A DNA stretch of 64,000 nt from Candidatus Bathyarchaeales archaeon (GTDB taxonomy: Archaea > Thermoproteota > Bathyarchaeia > Bathyarchaeales > Bathycorpusculaceae). Both the position numbers and the translations under genes were made by a program. The notes under the pieces are model-generated. The model searched no databases, was not told the DNA's origin, and worked only from the letters and a program-made list of their open reading frames with translations. Shown one piece after another: positions 28,823-38,303 of this stretch (positions are counted from its first letter, which is position 1; every line of letters begins with the position of its first letter). The stretch is taken from contig JBNAVK010000001.1 in the NCBI GenBank assembly GCA_049700435.1, forward strand, positions 1,583 through 65,582. The letters are read 5' to 3'.

Positions 28823-29686
28823 TTATTTCTGTGATTTCACAATTTCTAAGCTTATGTCCAGTGTTTTCGTGCTGTCTGTTATTTCTCCGAGGCTTACGAT
28901 GTCGACGCCCGTTGATGCATATTCAAGAACATTCTCCAACGTTATTCCGCCGCTTGCCTCCAGCAAAACTTTTTTGCGAAAACCGGCTTTTTCTAGCTTC
29001 TTAACTGCCTCTTTTATCTGATTCGGGTGGAAATTGTCTAACATTATTACGTCTGCTCCAGCCTTCGCGGCAGCCAAAGAATCTTCCACTTTCGTTACTT
29101 CAACCTCAATTTTCTTGCTGAAAGAACAGCCTTCCTTAGCCCTTTTTATCGCTTTTTCAACATTACCAACTATCGCGATGTGGTTGTCCTTTATCAAAAC
29201 CATGTCATCCAGATGAAGTCTATGGGTGTCGCCGCCGCCTACCAAGACAGCTTTTTTATCAAAATAGAGGAGGCCTGGAGCGGTTTTTCTTGTGCATGCA
29301 ACTTTTGTTTTGAGACCAGCCTTTTGGATTTTTTTCACAAGTTTTCTTGTGGTTGTTGCTATCCCGCTCATTCGTGATAGAAGGTTTAAGATAGTGCGTT
29401 CTGCGGCGAGAATTGTTCTCGTATCTCCGTGAATTTTCAGCAAAGTCTGTTTTGCGTTTACGCTTTCTCCGTCAGCGGTTAATGCCTCAACCTTAAGTCC
29501 TAGACTTTCCAGTAGAATTTTCGCTTCTTCAATTCCAGCAACAACACCGTCTTCCTTAGCTATCACCTCAGCTTCTGCCATGTGCCCTCCGGGAACCGTT
29601 AACTCTGAGGTTATGTCTCCTTGACCCACATCTTCAGTGAGCATTCTTAGAAGTTTTTCCTCCAAGATTTTCCGAGGCAAGAACAT
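28823..29686 (-). CDS. nadC: Nicotinate-nucleotide pyrophosphorylase (quinolinate phosphoribosyltransferase)
   Basis: DVGQGDITS, ERTILNLL, TRKTAPG, HRLHLDD, IMLDNF and ASGGIT motifs. Confidence 0.9.
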   Translation of the reverse strand: MFLPRKILEEKLLRMLTEDVGQGDITSELTVPGGHMAEAEVIAKEDGVVAGIEEAKILLESLGLKVEALTADGESVNAKQTLLKIHGDTRTILAAERTILNLLSRMSGIATTTRKLVKKIQKAGLKTKVACTRKTAPGLLYFDKKAVLVGGGDTHRLHLDDMVLIKDNHIAIVGNVEKAIKRAKEGCSFSKKIEVEVTKVEDSLAAAKAGADVIMLDNFHPNQIKEAVKKLEKAGFRKKVLLEASGGITLENVLEYASTGVDIVSLGEITDSTKTLDISLEIVKSQK

Positions 29687-29709
29687 ACATTCACTTATAA
29701 ACAGACAGT

Positions 29710-30915
29710 TTAAAATACTTGCCCATTTTCCGCCGCTTCAAGCACCGCTTTTACTGCGTTCCCCAAGCCATCATATTTCACCACTTCTTTCTGAACTATT
29801 CTAAGTCTTTCAGGCATTTCGCCCTCTAAAACTTGTTTAACGTTTTTTAGGAGTTTTTCTCTTGTTAACTCCTTTTGTTGAATGATTTCTGCAACGCCAA
29901 GCTTTTCGGCTTGTATCGCGTTCCAAAGCTGTTCCGTGTGGTTTGGCGTAGGCACAAGTATCAGTGGCTTCCCGTAACACAAGCACTGCGTTAGAGTTCC
30001 GTGTCCGGCGCGTCCAATAACAATGTCGCAAGCCTTTAGGTATTCGAAACGATTCGGAATCCATTTATAAATCGTTAGGTTGCCGTGGCGTACTGGGTTG
30101 GTGTCAGCGTTTGGATAGCCGAGAGACATAACAATTTCATAATCTTCTGGAAAGTTTAGCAAAATTTTTCTCAAAATTCCAATGAGAAAAGCTCTTTCCC
30201 TTATTGGGCCACTTATGGGAACAAAAATAACTGGCTTATCAAACGGCAGTTGCAGCTTCTTTCGCAGTTCCTCTTGAGTTGGCAGTTCCTCTGGTCTAAC
30301 CTCCAAAATTGGACCTATCAACTTTACACTTTTTCTATAAGGTTTTGGAATTGTTAAGTTTCCAGAACAAATAGTATAGGGCGGCGGGAAATCTGGAATC
30401 AAAACCGTGTTTCCGCCAGTCCATATTTTCCCGATAAGAGTAAGCGTTATAGAATCTGCAAATCTTGCTAAGCGAAGGAAACGTTTTTTTCTGGGTATTA
30501 TAACCTGAAACTGGTTTAGTATGCAGATTCTCGGAACCCCTAAAACTCTTGCTGCTAATATTGGTGAGGCTCGTGAATCTGAAACAACAACATCCGGTTT
30601 AAAACCTTCAATAAACCTTATTTCAGCGTCAATCTGCCTTAAAAGGGTAAAGGAAGCCAAAAAAGGACCGGGATTTACTGCCGTTTGCTTAAAATCCACA
30701 GTTCCATCGGGCTTAACTTGAAAGCCTATTGGCAGAGCTTTTATTAAGGGAAGTTTTTCCCGTTCGATGTAACGTATACCTTCGCGGTATGTAGAAAAAA
30801 CTACTTCAACGCCCTCATCTAAAAGTTTCTTGGCTATAGGAACGCATCTTCCAACATGCCCTAAGCCGATGCCACAGGGAGCAAAATAAACCCGCATGGG
30901 TTTATTTCCCGCCAA
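29710..30915 (-). CDS. GT-B glycosyltransferase (GT28/GT1 MurG-like)
   Basis: N-terminal GIGLGHVGRC and C-terminal GRAGHGTLTQC...GKPLILVP...EQ nucleotide-sugar binding motif. Confidence 0.8.
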   Translation of the reverse strand: MAGNKPMRVYFAPCGIGLGHVGRCVPIAKKLLDEGVEVVFSTYREGIRYIEREKLPLIKALPIGFQVKPDGTVDFKQTAVNPGPFLASFTLLRQIDAEIRFIEGFKPDVVVSDSRASPILAARVLGVPRICILNQFQVIIPRKKRFLRLARFADSITLTLIGKIWTGGNTVLIPDFPPPYTICSGNLTIPKPYRKSVKLIGPILEVRPEELPTQEELRKKLQLPFDKPVIFVPISGPIRERAFLIGILRKILLNFPEDYEIVMSLGYPNADTNPVRHGNLTIYKWIPNRFEYLKACDIVIGRAGHGTLTQCLCYGKPLILVPTPNHTEQLWNAIQAEKLGVAEIIQQKELTREKLLKNVKQVLEGEMPERLRIVQKEVVKYDGLGNAVKAVLEAAENGQVF

Positions 30916-31528
30916 GAATTTTGCGTTTCACCTCTCCGTTAGGCTTTTCCTCTTCAAAGATTATAGCTTGGAATTTGTAGATCTTTGTGTCTTTTAGCAG
31001 CCAACTATCAGGAGGTAAGCCTGCCTTTATGCAGCACTGACATAAGAATTCCTGTTCGTCCCATCCCCACTCCACAGGCACTTGCGGTAGAAGCAGGCCT
31101 TTAAATAAGCCTCTTTCAACAATCAAGCCGTCTTCCCCGATTTTGATTTTAGAGGGGTACTCATTTGTTTTATCGACTTTGATTAATTCTGGTGGAGTGA
31201 GCACGCTTACCTCAAAAACCACATGGTCAAGTTCACTTAACGAGAGCGGATAAAACCTAGGGTCCTGTGTCGCCGAGCTTATTGCTGACTCTATAACCGC
31301 TTGAGCCAACGGCGTGGTCGGATATGGATAGCCAATGCACCCTCTCAACTCCTTTTCACTGTTCCTTACGCTGTTTATTGTGACAAAAACTCCGCAGGGC
31401 TGAAGAAGTTTTTTTGGAATATCTTTTGGGACGCTTATTTGTTTTCCATTTTTCAAGTATTCCTCTACGGCTTCACGTGCAAGTTTGACAAGCAATGTTC
31501 CCCCTTCAAGGCTCAAGTGAAACTGCAA
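30902..31528 (-). CDS. AMMECR1 domain protein
   Basis: CGVFVTI...LRGCIGYP and DPRF...VEVSVL motifs. Overlaps the glycosyltransferase gene by 14 nt. Confidence 0.85.
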   Translation of the reverse strand: MQFHLSLEGGTLLVKLAREAVEEYLKNGKQISVPKDIPKKLLQPCGVFVTINSVRNSEKELRGCIGYPYPTTPLAQAVIESAISSATQDPRFYPLSLSELDHVVFEVSVLTPPELIKVDKTNEYPSKIKIGEDGLIVERGLFKGLLLPQVPVEWGWDEQEFLCQCCIKAGLPPDSWLLKDTKIYKFQAIIFEEEKPNGEVKRKILGGK

Positions 31529-31607
31529 TCTGCAAACACTCCGCGTTCTGGCGTAATATTATCTGCCAGATTATTTTTTGCCTTGCTAAACTTTGTAGGT
31601 TTTGCTT

Positions 31608-32228
31608 CTAGAATTTCATCGACTCTTCCGCTATCCCCTCTTTTGTTATGATTAGAAAATCTATGCCGTCGCCGCTCATTACGTCCCTGCTGATTGCAGA
31701 TTTTATGGCTCTAACGACCAAGTCCTTCGCTTCTTTCACCGTCAATTTTTCCCTATATCCTTCTTCCAGCACACCCATGGCAATTTCCGTTCCAGAACCC
31801 ACAACCGCATACTTGTCAGGTATAACGGAGCCCAAAACATCAAGCACGTAGAGGGATGGTCCTTCTTCGTCTATTCCGCCGACTATTGTCTGGGTTATTA
31901 GCGGTGCCAGTCTGTGGCTGAAAAGAAGGTTAGACATGAGTTTGGCTGCAGATCTCACGGAAATGTTTCTTCCAACATCTAAATTGAATAGGTTTGCGTA
32001 GGCTTCAACTTCCCTCACGAGAATCTGCATGTCCGAAACGAGTCCAGCGCACGCTGCGCCTATGTGGTCTGTTATTTTGAAAACCTTTTTACCGCCTTTG
32101 CTAACCACCAAATACCCGTATGAAACCCTTTTTTCAGAAGCCAAAACAACGCCATCTGTGCACACCACGCCAACGGTGGTTGCGCCCGGAACCCACATGT
32201 AACCCCCTTGCTGCGTTTGCTTTTCCAC
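31608..32228 (-). CDS. psmB: Proteasome beta subunit (with propeptide)
   Basis: Propeptide followed by the TTVGV catalytic Thr, plus GSG and other Ntn-hydrolase motifs. Confidence 0.9.
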   Translation of the reverse strand: MEKQTQQGGYMWVPGATTVGVVCTDGVVLASEKRVSYGYLVVSKGGKKVFKITDHIGAACAGLVSDMQILVREVEAYANLFNLDVGRNISVRSAAKLMSNLLFSHRLAPLITQTIVGGIDEEGPSLYVLDVLGSVIPDKYAVVGSGTEIAMGVLEEGYREKLTVKEAKDLVVRAIKSAISRDVMSGDGIDFLIITKEGIAEESMKF

Positions 32229-32324
32229 ACATCATCACCTTTTCCGTGATAATATACAAGCAACTTATTAAACTTAATCATCTAAATGGTCTATAAATAC
32301 CTAAAACGTTGAAAGTGACTTGAA

Positions 32325-32930
32325 ATGATTGGTCTCTTCACCAAAAATATTGATGGAGTCTGGTTTGGAGCTGCTTGCAATAATAAAGAAGTTTTTGCGG
32401 TATCCTTCGCCTTCAGCCAAAAAGAAGTTCTCAAGAGTTTGTTAAACGCGATTCCTTATAACACGCCGTTTCAACAGTTTAAAGAAACTTCAACTCTTGC
32501 TGGGCATGTGTTACGTGTCTTAAAGGACGTTTATGACGGGAAAGGCGCCGATGCAACTTTGCCGTTAAACACCAAATACTTGTCAGAATATGTAAGAAGG
32601 GTTATTGCGGCTGTTTCTGCTGTGCCTTTAGGGTATGTAACCTCTTATGGTTCTGTGGCGAAGGTTGCTGGGGGAAGCCCGAGGGCTGTGGGTCGCGTTA
32701 TGGCTTTTAACCCGTTCCCATTGATAGTTCCATGTCACAGAGTGGTCTCTTGGGATTTTACCTTAGGCGGGTATGGAGGTGGCCTAAATATAAAACTGGC
32801 AATCTTAAGCCGTGAAAAACAGGGTTATTCTGTTGAAGCGGAAGTTTCCGTAGGCGATGGTGGAAAACTGCGGTTGTTTCCAGTTGAGTTCGTGCTGAGT
32901 AAGTTAGAAAGGATTGGAGTGAAAGAGTAA
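32325..32930 (+). CDS. ogt: Methylated-DNA--protein-cysteine methyltransferase (O6-alkylguanine alkyltransferase)
   Basis: PCHRVV active site preceded by the VPLGYVTSYGSVA helix-turn-helix region. Confidence 0.8.
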   Translation: MIGLFTKNIDGVWFGAACNNKEVFAVSFAFSQKEVLKSLLNAIPYNTPFQQFKETSTLAGHVLRVLKDVYDGKGADATLPLNTKYLSEYVRRVIAAVSAVPLGYVTSYGSVAKVAGGSPRAVGRVMAFNPFPLIVPCHRVVSWDFTLGGYGGGLNIKLAILSREKQGYSVEAEVSVGDGGKLRLFPVEFVLSKLERIGVKE

Positions 32931-32963
32931 ATATTAAAAGGATTAGAGGTTACACTCAAAAGA

Positions 32964-33500
32964 GTGGATGGTGTCATGGTTAAACGTGGACTTTTTGTCG
33001 GCAGATTTCAACCCTTCCATCTGGGACATCTTGGTGCGGTGGAAGATATTTTGAAGGAGGTTGACGAACTTGTGATAGTTATAGGAAGCGCCCAATACAG
33101 TCACCGCATAGACAATCCCTTTACGGCCGGCGAAAGGCTAGTTATGGTTCGTAGGGCTTTAGAGGAGGCTAAAATAGATAATTCGCGGATATGGATAGTG
33201 CCAGTGCCAGATGTGCATTTACACATGATGTGGGTTTCCGCTGTTGAGGGCTACACTCCACGTTTTGATGTGGTTTACTCTAATGAACCTTTGACGCGGA
33301 GGCTTTTTATGGAGGCTGGCTACACGGTCAAACCCATACGTTTTCACAGAAGGGACGTTTACTCCTCAACGGAAATTAGAGGAAAAATGTTGAGCGGGGG
33401 AAACTGGGAGGAACTTGTTCCAAGAAGCGTGGTTGCCATAATAAAAGAGATCGACGGTGTTAAAAGACTTCAAGACTTGACAAAAAGCGATAAAGTTTAA
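32964..33500 (+). CDS. nadM: Nicotinamide-nucleotide adenylyltransferase (archaeal NadM type)
   Basis: GRFQPFHLGH and SSTEIR motifs. The likely true start is the ATG at 32976. Confidence 0.9.
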   Translation: MDGVMVKRGLFVGRFQPFHLGHLGAVEDILKEVDELVIVIGSAQYSHRIDNPFTAGERLVMVRRALEEAKIDNSRIWIVPVPDVHLHMMWVSAVEGYTPRFDVVYSNEPLTRRLFMEAGYTVKPIRFHRRDVYSSTEIRGKMLSGGNWEELVPRSVVAIIKEIDGVKRLQDLTKSDKV

Positions 33501-33598
33501 CTTTGTTCCTAAATTAAGGAAAGGTTATTAAATTTCAAAGAACTTAATGGAGAGTTGAAACCGAATTATTTGCGTTTCGCTTTAACGGGAAATATTTA

Positions 33599-34123
33599 GT
33601 GGTTGGATGGAAGTTGGGAAGGAGAAGAAGAAAAGTAGTTCGCATGCCTAAAAAACGTCTACCTAAGTCCTTTGACTGCCCCGAATGCGGGAAGACAAGC
33701 ACAATTGGCGTTAATATCACACTACAGAAGCCGCTGATAATTGCAAGGTGCGGCGAGTGCGGAATGGAAATAGTAAAAGAGTTTGTTGGAAATAAGGAAG
33801 TGACCTTTGAATGTCAAAACGAAAGTTGCCCAAACTATAACCAGGTGATACTTCGAGTTCGCCCCTTTTCAGAACACGTGATAATCGCTGAATGCGGCAA
33901 ATGCCATGGGAGAACCCTCCTTCAACTGCCTTTGGAAGACACCCTAATTAACTGTTCCTGTGAGCCGCAAAAGCAGGTTAGGTTGACAACTCGTCCGGCT
34001 GAGAGGCTTGCAACTTTAATTTGCGGAAGCTGCGAACTAATTTGTTATCTGTTGGCTAATCCAGTTGACGAACCAGTTGATATCTATGGAAAATTTTTAG
34101 ACAGGTATTATGGCAAAAGATGA
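33599..34123 (+). CDS. Elf1-like transcription elongation factor with three tandem C4 zinc ribbons
   Basis: Basic N-terminus GRRRRK..KKRLPKSFDCPECGK...ARCGECG and C-terminal PVDEPVDIYGKFLD (Elf1 PVDVYSDWID-like). Two extra CxxC...CxxC modules lie between them. GTG start, or ATG at 33644. Confidence 0.6.
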   Translation: MVGWKLGRRRRKVVRMPKKRLPKSFDCPECGKTSTIGVNITLQKPLIIARCGECGMEIVKEFVGNKEVTFECQNESCPNYNQVILRVRPFSEHVIIAECGKCHGRTLLQLPLEDTLINCSCEPQKQVRLTTRPAERLATLICGSCELICYLLANPVDEPVDIYGKFLDRYYGKR

Positions 34124-34135
34124 CTTTTTGCTGTT

Positions 34136-34318
34136 TTATCCCATTTGGGGCGACGGTTGAAGCACTACAGACAACAATTTTATGATGAACCCTATTAGTC
34201 CTACTGCTCCTATTCCCAAGAAGCAGATTTTTATTGATAGCCAAAGCTCGCTTTTCCCTGGTTTTACAGCGAGTTTTAGCGTTCTCGCGCATTGAGATAG
34301 AAATGACCTTAAGCCCAT
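34136..34318 (-). CDS. secE: Protein translocase subunit SecE / Sec61-gamma
   Basis: 60 aa. LKLAVKPGKSELW is followed by a single C-terminal TM (ICFLGIGAVGLIGFIIKLL). Confidence 0.75.
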   Translation of the reverse strand: MGLRSFLSQCARTLKLAVKPGKSELWLSIKICFLGIGAVGLIGFIIKLLSVVLQPSPQMG

Positions 34319-34387
34319 AGTTCAACATCATACATGACATTCAACATCATATAAGCGTTACTGAAGCCCTTTCCTTAATTATATCCT

Positions 34388-35218
34388 CTACACTTTTCGT
34401 GTAGCCAAGCCTACATCTTCAAGCATTTTTACGAGTCCCTGTTTGTATTCGCCCTTTATTCCTTTCCAATCAAGAACTGCAAATTCAACCTTTTCCAACG
34501 TCTTCTCGACGCATTGTTTAATAATTTCGTTATCGACATAGGGAATTGCGTATTTGGGGATTATGTGACCGAAGGCTACGTCGCTTTCTAACGCTATCTT
34601 TGTAAATTTCATGTTGTAATGTGGTCCACCTATGCCCAACGCTGTCCTAGCTTCTATCTTACCAAAGTTGGATATTGCTTCCATTGTTGCCCGCGCCACA
34701 ACCTCAGCCGCTTTTTCGTCACACCATTGTTTAGGTGAACTCCCCAGTTCAGCGAACATTGCAGGCGCATCTAATGATGGACCGTGATGTGTACATTCGT
34801 AAGATACGTCATAGTCAAGATGCATTTCATTTTTGAGACGAACCATCGCCTTCAAGCACTCTTTCATAGCCGTTGCGGGTGAGATTGACACGTTCTTTGG
34901 AAGTCCGCCAAGCTCTGCTTTACCTAAATTGCCTGGCGTATGTACAGACAATGTTGGAGTGCCGCTTAAGCTGCTGTGTCTCGAAACAAAAACTATCAGT
35001 TCAATTGTCTCGGGGAAAGTGGTTAAGCTCTGTGCGTCAACTAGATCCTCTTCCACCGTTACGAGTTTGACACTTTTGCCGTATACTTCTGCTTCGTAAA
35101 CTTTGTTTCCTTGGAAAATTTCCATTGTATCTTTGAATTTGTAGTTGTTTAAAATTTGTTTTGAAATATTTAGGCTTGCAACGTCCCTTTTTGAAGCGGC
35201 TATTAAAATCATCAGCAT
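34388..35218 (-). CDS. dtdA: D-aminoacyl-tRNA deacylase, archaeal type (DTD2/DtdA)
   Basis: 276 aa with ILIAASKRDVASLNI, SRHSS, TVHTPGN, ECTHHGP and GGPHY motifs. Confidence 0.8.
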   Translation of the reverse strand: MLMILIAASKRDVASLNISKQILNNYKFKDTMEIFQGNKVYEAEVYGKSVKLVTVEEDLVDAQSLTTFPETIELIVFVSRHSSLSGTPTLSVHTPGNLGKAELGGLPKNVSISPATAMKECLKAMVRLKNEMHLDYDVSYECTHHGPSLDAPAMFAELGSSPKQWCDEKAAEVVARATMEAISNFGKIEARTALGIGGPHYNMKFTKIALESDVAFGHIIPKYAIPYVDNEIIKQCVEKTLEKVEFAVLDWKGIKGEYKQGLVKMLEDVGLATRKV

Positions 35219-35299
35219 TCCTAAGGAGAAAGGTTATGGTTCAAAGTAAAAATGTTTCCATAAAACTTATAATCGATGCTCGAATGATTGAAGCCTTGA

Positions 35300-36226
35300 A
35301 TGGTGTTAAAAATGCATCTAATTAACTTTAAAGGGTTGTCTGGCAGTCAGCTTATGGAAATTGTGGATGAAGCCGTCGAGGTTAAGCATGACCCTGAAAA
35401 GTATCGTGGCGCGCTGGAAGGGAAGTCTCTCGCGATGATTTTCCAAAAAACCTCTACTAGAACCAGAGTTTCCTTTGAAGTTGCTATGACACAGCTTGGC
35501 GGGCATGCACTTTACATTGACTGGAGAACAACTAACTTCACGATAGCAGACGTTTATGACGAAACGCAATACTTGTCACGTAATGTTGACTGTATAATGG
35601 CTAGGCTTCTACGGAACGCTGACTTGCAGGTTATGGCTGGAGCTTCTCGTGTTCCAGTGATTAATGGATGTGACGAAAAGTATCATCCAAGCCAAGCGAT
35701 AGCAGATTTGATGACAATGAAAGAAAAGAAGGGGACGCTCAAGGGCTTGAAGCTTGTCTACGTAGGTGTCCACAACAATGTTTGTAACTCGCTAATTGAA
35801 GGATGCACAAAAACAGGGGTAAAAATAACCACTGTAACGCCGATATTTCATGAACCTTGCAGAGACGACGAACTTTTGGAAAACGCAAAGAAAACTGGGC
35901 TTTGGGAAACAACGTTGGACGTCAAGAAAGCGGTGAAAGACGCGGATTTTGTTTATACAGACACATGGGTTGACATGGAGTTTTTCACAGACCCAAAGTT
36001 TGCTGCTGAAAAGGAAAAACGCGTTAAACTGATGATGCCCTACCAAATAAACAAAGAACTGTTGAAAGGAAGTAACGCTTACATAATGCATGACATGCCA
36101 ATCCACAGAGGCTATGAAATAGCCGAAAACGTCATCGAAAGCCCAAGGTCGGTTATATATGAACAAAGCGAGAATAGGCTGTATTCTGCAAAAGCAATAC
36201 TGTTGAAACTGTTGGGAAAATGCTGA
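35300..36226 (+). CDS. Ornithine-carbamoyltransferase-family transcarbamylase with non-canonical second-substrate motifs
   Basis: STRTR and HPSQ carbamoyl-phosphate motifs are intact. DTWVDME replaces D-x3-SMG, and MHDMPIHRG replaces HCLPAHRG. Confidence 0.8.
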   Translation: MVLKMHLINFKGLSGSQLMEIVDEAVEVKHDPEKYRGALEGKSLAMIFQKTSTRTRVSFEVAMTQLGGHALYIDWRTTNFTIADVYDETQYLSRNVDCIMARLLRNADLQVMAGASRVPVINGCDEKYHPSQAIADLMTMKEKKGTLKGLKLVYVGVHNNVCNSLIEGCTKTGVKITTVTPIFHEPCRDDELLENAKKTGLWETTLDVKKAVKDADFVYTDTWVDMEFFTDPKFAAEKEKRVKLMMPYQINKELLKGSNAYIMHDMPIHRGYEIAENVIESPRSVIYEQSENRLYSAKAILLKLLGKC

Positions 36227-36227
36227 A

Positions 36228-36701
36228 ATGCAAAAGGCAAACCTTTGGAATTTAGTTGCACCGTGCGGACTTTACTGCGGAGAATGCACAGCATTTCTTA
36301 ACAAAAAATGCGGGGGATGCAGATCAAACAAAGGCTTAAGCGAACAATACAGGAGATACTGTAAAATTTACAAATGCTCGAGTGACAAAGGCTTAAAAGT
36401 CTGCTTAGAATGCAACGAATTTCCATGCAAAACCTTCAACTTCTTTAAGGCTGAAGGACTCGAGGACAGCTCATGGTTTCTTGACGTTCTAAGCAACATG
36501 AAAACCATAGTGGAAACGGATATTTCACGTTTTTTGAAAAGAAAAGCAGCTTGGCTAAACAAAAGGAAGAAATGCGCCAGAAAAAGAGGAATCGACTACT
36601 GTGACGAATGCAAACGATGGCCGTGTGAGTTTTTGAAGAGACCTGTTCTAGTTCCAGCTGACTTAAATAGGTTCAAAGAGTTTATGGAAAAAGAAGGCTA
36701 G
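36228..36701 (+). CDS. DUF3795-like cysteine-rich protein
   Basis: CGLYCGECTAF..KCGGC...YCKIYKC...CLECNEFPC pattern. The start is 1 nt after the transcarbamylase stop. Confidence 0.6.
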   Translation: MQKANLWNLVAPCGLYCGECTAFLNKKCGGCRSNKGLSEQYRRYCKIYKCSSDKGLKVCLECNEFPCKTFNFFKAEGLEDSSWFLDVLSNMKTIVETDISRFLKRKAAWLNKRKKCARKRGIDYCDECKRWPCEFLKRPVLVPADLNRFKEFMEKEG

Positions 36702-36712
36702 TCGCATCCTGA

Positions 36713-37618
36713 CTATTTTAGAATCATTTGTACGAATTTTTCCGGGTTGAACTCTTGCAGGTCGTTGTATTTTTGTCCGGTTCCTATGAATAGTATGGGC
36801 TTTTTTGTTACGTATGTTACGCTTAGAGCTGAGCCACCTTTGATGTCTGCATCCACTTTAGTCAATATTGTTGCGTCCACTCCAACGCTTTTGTGAAATT
36901 CCTCAGCTTGCATTACTGCGTCGTTTCCGGTAAGCGAGTCCACAGTTAAAATGGTTAAGTCTGGGTTTGCTACTCGTTTGACTTTGGCAAGTTCATCCAT
37001 CAAGTTCCTGTTCGTCTGCATTCTCCCAGCGGTATCGATTAAAACGACGTTTATTCCGTGAGCTTTCGCGTGGTTTATTGTGTCGTATGCTACGGCGGCG
37101 GGGTCTGAGCCATACTTGTGTTTTATCATGCGTATACCCAAGCGTTTTGCATGTTCTTCCAACTGTTCTATAGAGCCTGCGCGGTAGGTGTCGCTGCAGG
37201 CGAGAACAACTGAGTAGCCTTTGTTGTTGAGGAAGCGCGCTACTTTCGCTATGGTTGTGGTTTTTCCCGTGCCGTTTATTCCGACAAAAACTATGACGAA
37301 GGGTTCGCTTTTTTTGCGTTTTTCTTCAATAGCCTCTATTAGGTTTATCTTGTTGTTTGTTTGCATAATTTCTAAGAGTACTTCTCTAAGTTTTTCTTCC
37401 ACAATTTTTCTGCGGTCTTCAAGTCTTTTAACCTGAACCCCATCTAACAGTTTTTCCATTTCATCGCATATTTTTTCAGCAACAGGAAAGGCAACATCGT
37501 TTTCTACGAGGCTTATTTTGAATTCTGAAAGCACTGGGCGAAGGTTTTCAGCCTTAAGCTCTGTTGTTGTAACTTTGTTTACGAGCCCTTTGAGGCCTGA
37601 CTTCAGCCTCTCAAACAT
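36713..37618 (-). CDS. ftsY: Signal recognition particle receptor FtsY
   Basis: NG domain motifs GINGTGKTTT, DTAGR, TKVD and GTGQ. Confidence 0.95.
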   Translation of the reverse strand: MFERLKSGLKGLVNKVTTTELKAENLRPVLSEFKISLVENDVAFPVAEKICDEMEKLLDGVQVKRLEDRRKIVEEKLREVLLEIMQTNNKINLIEAIEEKRKKSEPFVIVFVGINGTGKTTTIAKVARFLNNKGYSVVLACSDTYRAGSIEQLEEHAKRLGIRMIKHKYGSDPAAVAYDTINHAKAHGINVVLIDTAGRMQTNRNLMDELAKVKRVANPDLTILTVDSLTGNDAVMQAEEFHKSVGVDATILTKVDADIKGGSALSVTYVTKKPILFIGTGQKYNDLQEFNPEKFVQMILK

Positions 37619-38060
37619 TTTTTGGTTTTGTCTCCTCTCTAAGTTTGGCTAGTAGGTTGTCAAATTTTTCTTTGCCTTCGCTCATTCTTTCTGCAATTTG
37701 GGCGAGTTGTTGCTGAAGCGACATTCTCGTCTTTTCCAAGTTTTCTAGGCGGTTTTTGATGATTTCTTTTGCTTCTTGCAAGGTTTTTTCCACGGAGATT
37801 CCGGCGCCCATTCCGACGATGATTTTGTCTGGGTTTTCAAGTTTCGCTTTTATGTAAGAGTTTCCTCCTATGGGGACTAGGAGTTCTGAGTTTTCCTTTT
37901 CTTTTTCTAAGCCTTCCAGCGTCATGTTTGCGTAGGTTAAGTCTGTTATGGCGGCGTCCACCATGTTTATCCTAGATTGTATGGCTTCGGCTGTTTGTTC
38001 AAGGAAGCGTAGTTCAACGCTTAGTCTGCGCAGTTCCTCTTCTTCGCTTTTGCTTGCCAA
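37611..38060 (-). CDS. pfdA: Prefoldin alpha subunit
   Basis: 149-aa coiled-coil/beta-hairpin/coiled-coil layout (LVPIGGNSYIKAKL...IIVGMGAGISVE). Confidence 0.85.
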   Translation of the reverse strand: MASKSEEEELRRLSVELRFLEQTAEAIQSRINMVDAAITDLTYANMTLEGLEKEKENSELLVPIGGNSYIKAKLENPDKIIVGMGAGISVEKTLQEAKEIIKNRLENLEKTRMSLQQQLAQIAERMSEGKEKFDNLLAKLREETKPKNV

Positions 38061-38066
38061 GTTCTC

Positions 38067-38303
38067 TCATTCTCCGGCAACAAGTTTTTTCAGTAATGGG
38101 CTTTTTATTTCTTCGGGTGGGATTTCCTCGACACTCGCTATTTTGATGTGGAAGCGTTTAACGCGGTGTTTGCTGCCGAGTTCGCAGTAGACTTTTTCCA
38201 CGGCGTGTTCTGGTTTGACAGCCATTACTTCCTTTCTGAATGGTGTTTTTAGGTTTGGTTTTCGAATCTCGCCGGTGACTCTAAAAACTTTCACTTCACT
38301 CAT
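38067..38303 (-). CDS. rplX: 50S ribosomal protein LX (L18Ae/eL20)
   Basis: 78 aa, MSEVKVFRVTGEI...FRKEVMAVKPEHAVEKVYCELGSKHRVKR. Confidence 0.85.
   Translation of the reverse strand: MSEVKVFRVTGEIRKPNLKTPFRKEVMAVKPEHAVEKVYCELGSKHRVKRFHIKIASVEEIPPEEIKSPLLKKLVAGE

Noticed and set aside
28763-28850. Possible C/D-box sRNA in the SpoIIM-like/nadC spacer, starting at a GTGATGA C-box-like heptamer
   Set aside because: There is no CTGA D' or D box at the expected spacing, no C' box and no terminal stem.
34056-34340. 94-aa alternative-frame ORF overlapping secE
   Set aside because: The 60-aa frame (34136-34318) gives a canonical SecE/Sec61-gamma with a single C-terminal TM helix. The longer frame has no such features.
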